Assembly: GCA_000091205.1 (NCBI GenBank)
Contig: AP006501.2
Length of the DNA: 64,000 nucleotides
Source: Cyanidioschyzon merolae
Taxonomy: Eukaryota
Reading direction: 5' to 3' (one strand)
The position numbers and the translations under genes are program-made. A model generated the notes under the pieces. The model was not told the origin of the DNA and ran no database searches. It saw only the letters and a program-made list of their open reading frames with translations. How positions within the stretch are numbered: position 1 is the first letter of the stretch; each line of letters begins with the position of its first letter. Shown here piece by piece: positions 21,401 through 31,078 of this stretch.

Positions 21401-22053
21401 TGCGACTCGGCGAAACGTGAGAGCCATTCTCTATCGGCGGATGGATCCTCGCTCATGAGAGCGTTGTAGGCACGCAAATAGGCCGTTGCTGCCTTCAGCG
21501 AGCTCGTCTTCAAATCAAGGTCATCATTTGTCGCTGCTGTATGGCCGCCGCGGCCGCATGCATTGACAGTAAATCCGGTGCTTCGACCAAACCGCGATGA
21601 GACCGAGCGCTCGGGCGCGTCGGTCGCGTCCTTTGCCTTTGAGGAATCAGCTTGGCTCATATTCCTATCGTTCGAAGCTGAAACGCGGGGATCCATCGGG
21701 AACGCTTGCACTGATGAAGTAGAAACACTAGACATCAACGTAGCACAGGACGAGTCTCTGCTCGGTCCGTGCCCAGCGACTATTGGCTCGAGCACGTTGC
21801 CTCGCTCAACGTCTTTCGTCCTCGAGGTCTTGAGCTCGGCTGCATCCGTCTGTGGGGCGCTCTCGAGCTCTTCGACCTTCCTTGCACTTCCTGGACCAAC
21901 TCGCAACGGCCGCGTCTGCCAGCTCAGAACTGCCTCTTCGCGGTGGGCGCGGGACCACTTGGGTCGTCTTTTGCACTCGTGGTTTACCTGGACTTCGTGG
22001 GGCTTACTCACGGCTCGTGGGCGTCCCCGACGTCTACCGCGCCCTGCTGACAT
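18430..22053 (-). CDS. Large chromatin protein with an AT-hook, a PHD + Zn-knuckle + ePHD (PZP) module and a C-terminal PHD finger (BRPF/JADE/PHF14-like). It contains a poly-Ser tract
   Basis: N-terminal 'GRGRRRGRPRA' is an AT-hook. PHD: 'CDVCMSDEYSPENRLWRCNGCGTVVHQMCYG...WLCRPCQ'. ePHD: 'CSLCGAAAGALKP...WAHIFCALCAP...CVICHKSTGCGGVVRCHWLHCSAAFHASC'. C-terminal PHD: 'CDVCGDGDCDGKENDIILCDRCGVGVHQQCYG...WFCDACQ'. The ORF opens at TTG 22077 and the first ATG is 22053. Confidence 0.75.
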   Translation of the reverse strand: MSAGRGRRRGRPRAVSKPHEVQVNHECKRRPKWSRAHREEAVLSWQTRPLRVGPGSARKVEELESAPQTDAAELKTSRTKDVERGNVLEPIVAGHGPSRDSSCATLMSSVSTSSVQAFPMDPRVSASNDRNMSQADSSKAKDATDAPERSVSSRFGRSTGFTVNACGRGGHTAATNDDLDLKTSSLKAATAYLRAYNALMSEDPSADREWLSRFAESHWPSSCEELWKWQPVSLCFKSLDATDLQIIQIPLASSDMQNALLASPADVPYLWKWLTEDAHELVQATGHARRILNEPKMPAASATETLQLLGTTTRAKHDHRRGIVCETCLLQSRLRAQQSRLNLRLHAEQDSRPDEPAPNMRFRLETARCSGGGNASGGSVGYEATESWLGSERSGSAFTHAVFFNAHALFPRSKQVSITEMAGTELKQARDNHPVEVAERSCDVCMSDEYSPENRLWRCNGCGTVVHQMCYGIQADSVTQNDTVDFNWLCRPCQQTYMNAPSRRAASILRRSIRCSLCGAAAGALKPGLNGEWAHIFCALCAPDTTIGEIREMEPILGLDEIPVQRRHLRCVICHKSTGCGGVVRCHWLHCSAAFHASCGRRAGYLFLIGERESLRKLLQKTELVQVVDRHVLEKRGSIVAVCLCREHTQSALHRISASAQRTNVAEEVVHRAVKDAQHSSSRESTYWEASPSLKKLRELHRRNELRAYLRLLRMRTMAGLETFEKAKQRMRHIHSNGFSCQACLCKSMSRKLYDALCRFNRVAATFETSRGAVGRGIRGLSAFERLAAVISSVEEMLSQQNMLHSMEKPDAVTGQSIPSSPQGGAPPGTVSQDALSATDTLNWLSSHARWEQLDDPTSSSWVHGEDDHADDESPELAGAPRKRMRKQPPNADSTLSALHFRLVLDQSGLAIEGAYRWQKQNLSGAPETPSSAQNDLVLLGYRLVPPASPAGAATFLAPDATPGTFGSSPASSSSSSSSSSSSSSSLECLLRAKWEALQRVNAENHAYRLLLLERSKTDQAERAQLAASERELEAHIQRLNQISGIRRYGSVMDSTSIRVRGLKREAPAVAASAPAPPAIRHGGLANLDSCPPQTLAEVEADLALHQLERARAIAPHRRLMDSLSGATEATVSLPSDARMLLAMNARCDVCGDGDCDGKENDIILCDRCGVGVHQQCYGVTEIPAGDWFCDACQVLLHLEANAPVLP
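19088..19140. repeat. Trinucleotide (GAY)n repeat. It encodes a poly-Ser run in the minus-strand PHD gene and reads as poly-Asp on the plus strand
   Basis: 'gacgacgacgatgatgatgatgatgatgacgacgacgacgacgac' visible. Confidence 0.9.
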
Positions 22054-25000
22054 GTCCGTTGGCCGCACGACAATCAACGACGGGATGTACGATCAGTGGC
22101 TAAAGTTCGCCAAACTGCAGCCAAACTGCCCGTTCAGAGTTTCCACCAACGCGAGGCGCTCCCGTCGCACGTACCGGCCTTGTGCAGTCCAGTGGATGTG
22201 CCAAGGCAATCAACTCCCCGAAGCTTGACAGGTCGACACTCGAACAAGACCCGCCCCAGAGAAGCATAAACCGACACGTGGACAAACCTTCGCGCTCACT
22301 AGCCTCCTCAAACCAGCCTCAAACACTTGAGCCTCACAAGAAAGGCTCCCGCGTTTACGACTTTAAGCCTCAGCAGCGAGAGAGGCACCGTGGCGTGTCA
22401 AAAGCGTCTTGTGTAGCGTTTTGTTCGAACACGCACGCACGCAGCCGAAGATCGAGCACGCACACATCTGAACCGCGATGCGTGCGGACGTAACGTGACG
22501 CATGCTTGCGTGACGACACGAAAAGCGACGCGCCGGCCGCCGCGCCTGTTGCGCGCTTGGCGCGCTCAAGAGCGCTGTCCCAATCTAGGACATAGAGGAC
22601 GCCTTTCCAGGCGGCTTCTCTGCGCCATTCAGTTGGCGGCTGCGCGGTTGCGGGTGATGTTTTTCGCGATTCCATTGGCCAGGGATCTCTGATTCCGCGC
22701 TTCGCATCAGCGCGCAGTGAAACAGGTATCGTACCATGGCCTGCTTCTAAGTTGCACGATCCGTACTTTTTTTGTCGGAGATCGTGGTTGTTGTCCGCGT
22801 TCTGTCGTACGCTGCGTGCATGCCGTGAGCGTTCGCAGTGAGCCCTATTGTGCCGCCACGGTCGCAGCACGGAGACAAAGCGGCTTTGCTACAGTCCTGA
22901 GGGCCTCGGCTCGAGGCGTGCTGCCTGCGCGAATGCTCCAAAAACGGGTGTCAGGCGCGTCAGGTATCGGGGGCGTCTCGAACAACTGCGGCTGTGCGAA
23001 GCAAGTTTCCCTTTGGACACCTTTTCATATTAATGCGAAGAAAACTCTGGGCGCTGCCCTCGTTCAGTGTGGCTTTGGCAGTAAAGTATCTTGCGTTCAT
23101 GGTTCTTTCACGCTAATTATTACTTTGCTGTATATACCTGGATTCATTGAGGAAATAGTACTTTCTATTTAGCAGTTATTCTTTGACCTAGGCTATTTTT
23201 AGGGCTAAACAGCTGCAGCAGTCTCGTTTGCATCTATTGAATCGAAAGCTCCATGTCCGAAACTTCAAAAGCAGACTTGGTTGACGTTTCTGCAGCGTCG
23301 TACCTCTCCAGACGCGGCACAGATGAAACGTACAGTTCTGCAGTTGGCATTGTGGTTGCTGCGCGCTTGTGGAGCATGTTTCCGGGACAGGTGCGCATGG
23401 TTCTCATGCGTGACGTCCGATCGAAGGGAACGCGCTCGAAGGAGACGGAAGCGCGTTTGACGGAGGAATATGCGGATGTTGTTGCACCACGTTATGGGAC
23501 GGAAGAAAAGTTCATGGCAAACCTGTGGCTCTTGCGATGACCCGAACTAGGTGTAGAATGGTCTCGGTATGCTGGTCTGCAGTGGACAACCGGCGGGCTC
23601 GCTTCCTTACTAAATGTAGTATGGAATATATCCTGAGAGAAACGAGTAGGGTCCGATACCAGATCTGCTTAAAGTGTTATGGTGGTTACTTCTGCTGCGA
23701 AGCGCTCGCTGGCAAGTCGTTTTCAAGTATGCTGCAGAGCGCGAACTCTATTCTGGACTCGGTGCTGCTTCTGTGTGCTACAAAACGGATCTAGAAGCTC
23801 TCCGCATTCCACTGACTTCGACATGGCGTGCTGTACCCCAACTGCAACCAAGCGTTTGCGAAAGGTTTCGCGTGCTGCAGCATGGGAAACCCAAGTGAAC
23901 AAAGCTGAGTCGATCGCAGAATCCGTACATGATTTGGATCCATCGGCGATAATATCTCGCCACGTGAAATCAGAAGATACTTTATGGGAAGCGCTGTGAA
24001 GTCGAACGGCCAGTTCTAGCGTCCCGGAGCATGAAGAGACACACATACGGGATGAAAGCACCTTCCTTGCAGGTCGTAGACTGCCGCAAGTACATGGCAT
24101 CGGCGTAAGGTACGAATACCTCCCGTTTTTTATGATGCTGGATCCATACGTCAAAGCAGAATCCCCCGTACTGGGAACGGTGCCGATAACCAGGGCCGGG
24201 ACCCCCGCTCGCCTCAGCCGATCCACCGCACCACAGGGTCACCTCGTGTATACCCTCAGAGCCACACATTGGACCGATCTGGTGAGTTCATCCGCACCGG
24301 GCCTCCAGAGTACGCTCGCCAGGACACACGATACACCTTTGAAGTCGTTCACACAGGTGGACAGGACGGCTTCGCGCTGCCTTTGCTGAAATTCGTCCAA
24401 GGGCATATCGCCTGACCCTCTCCAGGCACCCAAATCGCGTTGGAGCACGTATTGCAACTCGCTTAATCTCGCAGAATCTCACCGAGCGCATCCCGCGAAA
24501 AACACACTTTGCATCTTCAGATCAGCGCTACCTAGCAGAGCTGAGGTTCATTCTAGCACATTCTAGAATGTCATTTGGCGAGAGGACGCTTTGTCGGAGC
24601 TCTTGTAGAAAGCGCCCCGAATTCAGAATGCTCAACTTTGCAGCGCAAACACTCGGGAGAGCGCCGAGCCCGTCGCTTGTCCGTGCAGATACAGGTCTCG
24701 GTGTTCATGCTCGCAGCGGCTCCTGCAGCTTGACTTTCCGCAAACTCGCACCGAACCAACGGTGTAAACTCGGTCTCGACAACGGATTCGGCCACTGTAC
24801 TTTTGTACGCGTTTTTCCTTGCATCCGAGTTCGAAATGGGTGTAACACTCAGCGGCACGGTCGGTGAACGGTACCTGCTGTTGGAAAAGCCAACGCACGC
24901 TGCATCTGGTTTCGAATATGCTCGACTGCACCACTCTCGCCGCAGTCTGAATTCATAAACAGCTACGCTACACGATTGAATCTGAACGGAAGCCCGACCG

Positions 25001-25737
25001 GCTTGTTCATTGCAGTAACTGCTTCGGACTCGAGGGTGCACACACGGATACGGTACCAGAATAGAGCATGAGAAATGCCCTGATCGGCCTGGTCGTTGTG
25101 GGAACTGCTTCGGTAATGGCACACGGTGACGAGGTGCTTGAGCAAGCCCCCGCGCACCCGCACCCCTGATGGACACCTCTACCAGAATCGCTCGCGTCAC
25201 TGCAAATGCAACAGGAACCAACCAATACGCCCATATAACTAACAGCATACGTTTACATACACATTCATGAGAACGATAATCGAAAGCACACAAACAAACA
25301 TCTCGCTGCGAAACGCTTCCCAGCACGACAGTACCTGGAATGAACGAATCGCACGCTGCAGGTGCTGAACGCAGCAGGTCGCCAGGGCCTCGGCCCCCGC
25401 TCCGAGGCGTCGCAGCTTCGGAAGGCATCGATCGCTTTTGATGCGTGCGCGCTTGGGCGCGGGCACCTGCATACGTGCACGCTGCGCACGCCGCTTGCGT
25501 GAGTCGACTTGCCGCGAAAACAACCTCAAGGCACACGCTGAACGCAAAAACGCTCCACTTTTCCAAACAGGTGCCTAGTACTTGTGGTGTGAGTTCTGTG
25601 TTAGGGCAGGTTTCGGTCTCCGTTGAGAATAGTGCAGGTTAGGAGCGACCTTATCCAGACGTGGCGTTCCTCGGTGTTTCCAGGCGTTTCTTTCGTTGCG
25701 AGCTGGTGCGTGCTGGTGAGCGCGCCCCTCGGAACCT

Positions 25738-28700
25738 ATGGCAACCTCAGATGCAACCTTTGGGGCGGTTGAATCTGATACAGCGGGATCGCTTCTGAAC
25801 TTTGAGCTGCCAGATCAGGACTTTTTGCTGCAGCTCGAGGCAAAAGTCCAGCAGCTCTATGGGGCGCGGTCTGAAACAGATCGCAAGTCGGCCCAGGAGG
25901 AGCTGACGGCGCTCCAGATGCATCCACAGGCGTGGATGCGTGTCGATAAGATTCTCGATTCGAGCACGACTAGTGAGCCCTCCAAGTTTTTCGCGCTACA
26001 AATTCTCGAGTCTTTAATCAAGTATCGTTGGAAGACTTTGCCGACCGAGACACGAGAGTCCATCAAGCTTTATGTTCAGAACAAGGCAATACTCTTGTCG
26101 TCGTCGGCGGAATCTCTGGTACGTGAACGCACGTTCCTTTCAAAGCTGAACCTCATCTTGGTGCGAATAGTGGCCCAGGAGTGGCCCTCCCGTTGGCGCT
26201 CGTTTATCAGCGACGTTGTGAACGCGAGCAAAACGTCGCCGACACTTTGCGAAAACAACTTGCATATTCTCCGATTGCTGAGCGAGGAGGTGTTTGATTT
26301 CTCAGCTGGGCAAATGACGCAAGACAAAATCGACGAGCTCAAGACGACATTCAACCAAGATTTTAGTGAGGTTTACGACCTCTGTCAGTATGTATTCGCA
26401 CAGCGAGTAATACTGCAGCAGATGCAGCCATCGCTTCTTGTGACTACGGTGCAGACGCTAGAGAAGTTTTTGTCGTGGGTTCCTTTGGGCTATATCTTCG
26501 AGACCGACCTTTTGGAGACGCTGCTTGAGCTGTTCGATTACTCTGCAGAGCTGCGCAATAGTGTGATGCGTTGCCTCGTTGAGATTGCAACACTCTCTGT
26601 TGGTCCCGAGTACGACGAAAGATTTCTGTTTCTCTACATGACACTTCTATCAAAACTCGCCGTTGCGGTACCACTGGAGGTCGACATTGCTGCGCACTAC
26701 GACCAGGCCAGTGAAGCAACCCAGTCTTTTATTATGGACTTGGCGCTGTTCCTCACAGGCTTCTTTGGGGCGCACGCAGCGCTGCTCGAGCAGTCTTCGG
26801 ACCCGGCACATCGTCAGGCACTCGTGACGGGAAACATGTACGTCGTGAAGATTGCTCGAGTCAACGACGTGGAGGTTTTCAAGGTCTGCCTCGAATGGTG
26901 GCGGAGCCTCACGGAGAGCCTATATCGGGCTCTCTTCTCCATGTTAGACTACGCCGTGGGAGAGCGGACGCCACTCACTTTGGACGCGGATCGACCCAAT
27001 TTCGAGCGACTCGAAGATCAGCATGCACGTCGCCAGCTCTACGCCAGCGTACTATACCAGATTGCCCTGGTCATGATCCAGAGAATGGCGAAGCCAGAGG
27101 AGGTGCTCATTGTAGAAGACGAGAACGGCGAGATCGTGCGGGAAACCACGAAGGACACCGATGCGTTGGCGCTATACAAGACAATGCGGGAGACGTTCAT
27201 TTTTCTAACCCACATTGACCCGCTGGATATTGAAACCATCATGATTGAGAAGCTCGATCGTCAACTTGACGGAACCGAGTGGAGTTGGCAAAATCTGAAC
27301 ACGCTCTGTTGGGCCATTGGATCCATCTCTGGTACCATGAGCGAAGAGTCCGAGAAACGCTTCCTCATTCATGTTATCAAGGATCTCCTGCGATTATGTG
27401 AGGAGAAGCGAGGAAAGGACAACAAAGCCGTGGTCGCAGCGAACATCATGTACGTCGTGGGGCAGTACCCGCGCTTCCTGCGAGCACACTGGCGTTTCCT
27501 GAAAACCGTGGTGAACAAGCTTTTCGAGTTCATGCATGAGCTGCACCCAGGAGTCCAGGACATGGCGTGCGACACGTTTCTGAAAATCGCGCAGAAATGC
27601 CGAAGACAGTTTGTCATCGTACATGCAGGTGAACATCAATCTTTTGTGAACGAGATGCTGGACAATCTGGAGAGCATTATCGGCGATCTGGAGCCGCATC
27701 AGGTGCACTCTTTCTATCAGTCTGCCGCAACGATGATCAGTGCAGAGACGGAGAGTAGTACGCGGGAACTCTACATCCGCCGTCTCTACGACGCGCCGAA
27801 TCGTCGCTGGCGATCCCTTTTGGAGGAGGCGACGCTTGACCAGAGCTTGCTGCGGGATAGGAATCGCATGAAGGAGCTCGTTCACGTTTTGCGCCTGAAC
27901 GTGCGAGGCGCGCAGGCTTTGGGTCCCCTCTTCTATCCCCAGCTGGTGCACATTTACATGGATCTGCTCGCGCTGTACCGGCAATTTTCGCAGATGGTCT
28001 CCAATGCGGTCGCATTAGGGGGCATGATCGCAACACGAAGCACCGACGTCAAGAATATGCGCGCCGTGAAGAAGGAGGCACTCCGTCTGCTAGAGACATT
28101 TTTCGAGCTAGTCGATCGTGACCCCGAGGTTCTGCACGCGGCAGCGGAGCAACTGGTGGAGCCGCTCTCCGGCCCCATTCTCGGCGACTATGCGCAATCC
28201 GTACCGGATGCCCGTGACGCGGAGGTGCTTACGCTCTACGCTGTCATTATCGAACATCTGCGGCCGTACGCAAATATGCTGACGCCTCTCATACCAGTCA
28301 TATTCCGATCGTGTTTCAATGCGACGCTAGAGATGATTACGACGAATTTTGAGGATTTTCCGGACCATCGAATAGGTCTGTTTCAGTTGTTGCGAGCAAT
28401 TAACACGTCTTGCTTTTCCGCGCTGTTCTCATTGGATCCGGACCCGGCAGTAGCGGAGCAGTCGTTCCAGCTGGTCATTAACGCTATAGTATGGGCGTTC
28501 AAGCATACGGAGCGGAACGTTGCCGACACAGGACTGCAGACGCTGCTCGAGCTCCTTCGGAATCTGGATAGTAGCGGTTTCACCGAGTACTTTTACGAGC
28601 GCTATTACTTGTTCATTCTTAACGATATTCTTGCAGTGCTTACGGATACCTTGCACAAACCAGGTTTCTCGCTACAGGCACAAGTGCTCATGCATCTTTT

Positions 28701-29079
28701 CACGGCAGCTCGTCGGGGTCAAGTTCGATTGCCGCAAACCGATGGTGGCGAAGCGACTGGCTCCACCACTGCGATGGCCTCTGAGACGATGGTACGCGAG
28801 CATTTGCAAACGCTCCTGGAGAACGCCTTTCCGAATATGGGCCCTGTGGCAGTGCGTCAAGCGGTTGATGGCATGTTCCTCTTCCTGGACGACGAGCGCC
28901 TCTTCAAGCAGCACTTGCGAGATTTTCTGGTCCGGACCAAAGAGTTTCTCGCAGGTGACAATACCGATCTTTACGACGAGGATCGCCGATCACTAGAGAC
29001 GAATGCCCAGAGGGCCTTAGCTGTGGTCCCTGGCATGTCCAAGCCCAGCCAAGCAGCCGATTCAGACGACGAAGACTGA
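25738..29079 (+). CDS. XPO1: Exportin-1 (CRM1/XPO1), single exon
   Basis: Full-length 1113 aa. 'AQEELTALQMHPQAWMRVDKIL...FALQILESLIKYRWKTLP' is the importin-beta N-terminal domain, and HEAT-repeat architecture is conserved throughout. ATG at 25738 verified. Confidence 0.9.
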   Translation: MATSDATFGAVESDTAGSLLNFELPDQDFLLQLEAKVQQLYGARSETDRKSAQEELTALQMHPQAWMRVDKILDSSTTSEPSKFFALQILESLIKYRWKTLPTETRESIKLYVQNKAILLSSSAESLVRERTFLSKLNLILVRIVAQEWPSRWRSFISDVVNASKTSPTLCENNLHILRLLSEEVFDFSAGQMTQDKIDELKTTFNQDFSEVYDLCQYVFAQRVILQQMQPSLLVTTVQTLEKFLSWVPLGYIFETDLLETLLELFDYSAELRNSVMRCLVEIATLSVGPEYDERFLFLYMTLLSKLAVAVPLEVDIAAHYDQASEATQSFIMDLALFLTGFFGAHAALLEQSSDPAHRQALVTGNMYVVKIARVNDVEVFKVCLEWWRSLTESLYRALFSMLDYAVGERTPLTLDADRPNFERLEDQHARRQLYASVLYQIALVMIQRMAKPEEVLIVEDENGEIVRETTKDTDALALYKTMRETFIFLTHIDPLDIETIMIEKLDRQLDGTEWSWQNLNTLCWAIGSISGTMSEESEKRFLIHVIKDLLRLCEEKRGKDNKAVVAANIMYVVGQYPRFLRAHWRFLKTVVNKLFEFMHELHPGVQDMACDTFLKIAQKCRRQFVIVHAGEHQSFVNEMLDNLESIIGDLEPHQVHSFYQSAATMISAETESSTRELYIRRLYDAPNRRWRSLLEEATLDQSLLRDRNRMKELVHVLRLNVRGAQALGPLFYPQLVHIYMDLLALYRQFSQMVSNAVALGGMIATRSTDVKNMRAVKKEALRLLETFFELVDRDPEVLHAAAEQLVEPLSGPILGDYAQSVPDARDAEVLTLYAVIIEHLRPYANMLTPLIPVIFRSCFNATLEMITTNFEDFPDHRIGLFQLLRAINTSCFSALFSLDPDPAVAEQSFQLVINAIVWAFKHTERNVADTGLQTLLELLRNLDSSGFTEYFYERYYLFILNDILAVLTDTLHKPGFSLQAQVLMHLFTAARRGQVRLPQTDGGEATGSTTAMASETMVREHLQTLLENAFPNMGPVAVRQAVDGMFLFLDDERLFKQHLRDFLVRTKEFLAGDNTDLYDEDRRSLETNAQRALAVVPGMSKPSQAADSDDED

Positions 29080-29289
29080 GTATCTTCCTCGTCCGAAAAT
29101 CGCAAGCGCAATTCGAATCAAACGGAAACGCGAGCAGCAGAAACCCAGGAAACGATGTTGTTGCTGGTGATGAACGCGAGACGCAGTGCGGACCCTGCAC
29201 CAGCACGCCCTCGACATCTCGTATGCCGCCGTCCATCAAAGCGTTTCCTGCTCTCCGGGCAATGGCAGTGCAAAGCTACGAAATCCGGA

Positions 29290-30300
29290 TTCGCTGACGA
29301 CAGCGAACGCCTTTCTAAAGTCGAAAGCAGTCGTCAGCGATACAGTGGTGGCGGCGAACGCCCGCCCTAGACAAGACGTCGCCCACTGATGTGCAGAGGC
29401 CTCCCAGTCTTTCTCGACCGGCCACCTACTACTGCTTCCAACTTTTTCTCATGTAATTCCACCATGAGAGGTTGTCCATGAAAATTCTCTCTCGTCATTT
29501 CTGGGGGTCTTTTCTCCATCACCGCACATTTCCTTATATTGATAGCAGCGTTAAAGTCTCGGTTCACGAATTCCATACGTTTCTTGCCATCTCTGGTTGT
29601 ACGTACTAATGCAAGTAGTCCTCGAACTTTCGCTCGCCTATCCATTTGCTGCTCCGTCAGCGCTCCGTATTTTTTACAATCCTCAGTACCCCGCTGGCAC
29701 TTTTCCACAGAGACCCTCTGAAGTGTACACCCCAGCTCATGGCGTATGTATGACGTTCGGAACTCATCTACAGGTATCGTAACGAAACATCGTTCGCACT
29801 CCCTGGACGCTCATTCCGAGTCGCTGTAAACCGGAAACGAAACTCTCCTCGACAAGCCATGAAAGTGGTGTTGTGGCTTTCCGCCAGACACGGTGGCTGT
29901 ATTTGCCGTGCCCGTGGCCCTGCAGGCGTGTTTCGGGGTGCGCTGACTGCACAAAAGCGGCGAGTTCGCGCTGCTGCCCTAGTATCTGGATGCTGGCGAC
30001 TCCCCGGCACAGATACCTTACGATGTGCGGACGGAGCATGCTGCTTCAGCACCGTAAGAACGACGCGCTCTCATGCGCGTTCCCTTGTGATCCAAGATAT
30101 GATCCACAGAGTGATAGTGGCGGCTAGCACGGAGCGTCTTCCGCATCGACTGCCGATCTGGGAACTGCGGCCCAGGGTTCGGAGTTTCACGTCACGAATG
30201 GTCCATACGCTCACGAGCGGTACTCGAAGCGGGCGCGCTGGACATTACACACTGCTTTGCTGCACGAGAACAGTGCTATGCTCGGGGCCGGCTAGAGTAC
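29290..30300 (-). mobile_element. Decayed TnpB/Fanzor-like element, copy B, inverted relative to copy A. Includes the conserved flank after the stop codon
   Basis: ORF 29367..29708(-) reads '...KKRMEFVNRDFNAAINIRKCAVMEKRPPE...GRRLV*', ~75% identical to copy A. Upstream frames 29764..30039 and 29768..30052 align to copy A (nt core 'gtttcgttacgatacctgta(t/g)(g/a)tgagttccgaacgtc' ~90% identical). An in-frame TAG and a 1-nt deletion disrupt the frame. Confidence 0.5.
29367..30052 (-). pseudogene. TnpB/Fanzor-like nuclease pseudogene (frameshifted, with an internal stop)
   Basis: Same motif set as copy A (YTSQ-like block, Zn-ribbon Cys pairs, NRDFNAAINI) split across two frames. Confidence 0.5.
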
Positions 30301-31078
30301 CTAAAGAAAAGTCAGCGTGAACGTCGCTTGCAGGTACGGTGCATGCCACGGGCTAGGCGAGCGTGATCCGATTGCCCCTCATTTCGTAATGCGAATTCGC
30401 TGTGCATGAGTGTCTTCCCGTACTAACGCCTCTTTACTTCAGGTCAGAGGCGCGCCTGTTCGAGCTGGGTTAGCGCTTGCGTTCTAGCGCGAGCGCGCCA
30501 CCCAATTTGTCGATTATATGCAGTAAGAGGGAATATACAGATTTGCGTTGGCCCTACACACATCGCAAATCTACTCCACAAACGAGGCAAGGATATGAGG
30601 ATCGCCTCATCGATCGCTGGACACAGCTTGTGTCTACATCACCTAGAGATACGCAGCACAAGCGGCAGCCCAAGCGGCAGCCCAAGCGGCAGCACAAGCA
30701 GCAGCAATCTGCGTCTGTGGACCGAAATGTATAGACTTGGATTCGCCCAACGGATTGGCCAACAAAGTGGCCTTCGGTGGCGTTTTGCGCGCGTATTCGC
30801 TCAGCATACTGTGCGTTCAGGTCTGTTTCAATCCCTGCGTACGCTTTGGGAGCTGGTGGAGCATCGCTTTCTTGTGCATGGTTTCGCTTTGTTATCTGAC
30901 AGGTGTATGGACAAGTGATTCAGACTCGAAAAAACGATGCTGGCGCTGTGTACAGAGAAATGAAACCGTGTTGCCGTTTGTAACGAGACTCCAGCGCAAC
31001 AGCCCAGGGGCGTGCCTCGTGCCGCGCAGGCGCGCTGGCTTGCCCCAAGCTGGTGTTGCGGGAGCGACCTTTTGGACG

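Noticed and set aside
23253-23540. 95-aa ORF 'MSETSKADLVDVSAASYL...' next to an AT-rich patch
   Set aside because: It is ATG-initiated and sits in an island that may hold a real gene, but it has no recognisable motif or partner exons. Evidence is insufficient to call it a CDS.
1-30300. Interpretation of the two TnpB-like copies as ends of a composite transposon carrying the 28-kb segment
   Set aside because: Both copies are decayed, their 3' ends face inward, and the cargo is essential single-copy housekeeping genes (CRM1, CCT4, IDH3, PI4K). Independent old insertions or an inversion breakpoint pair are more parsimonious. Kept only as a low-interest hypothesis.
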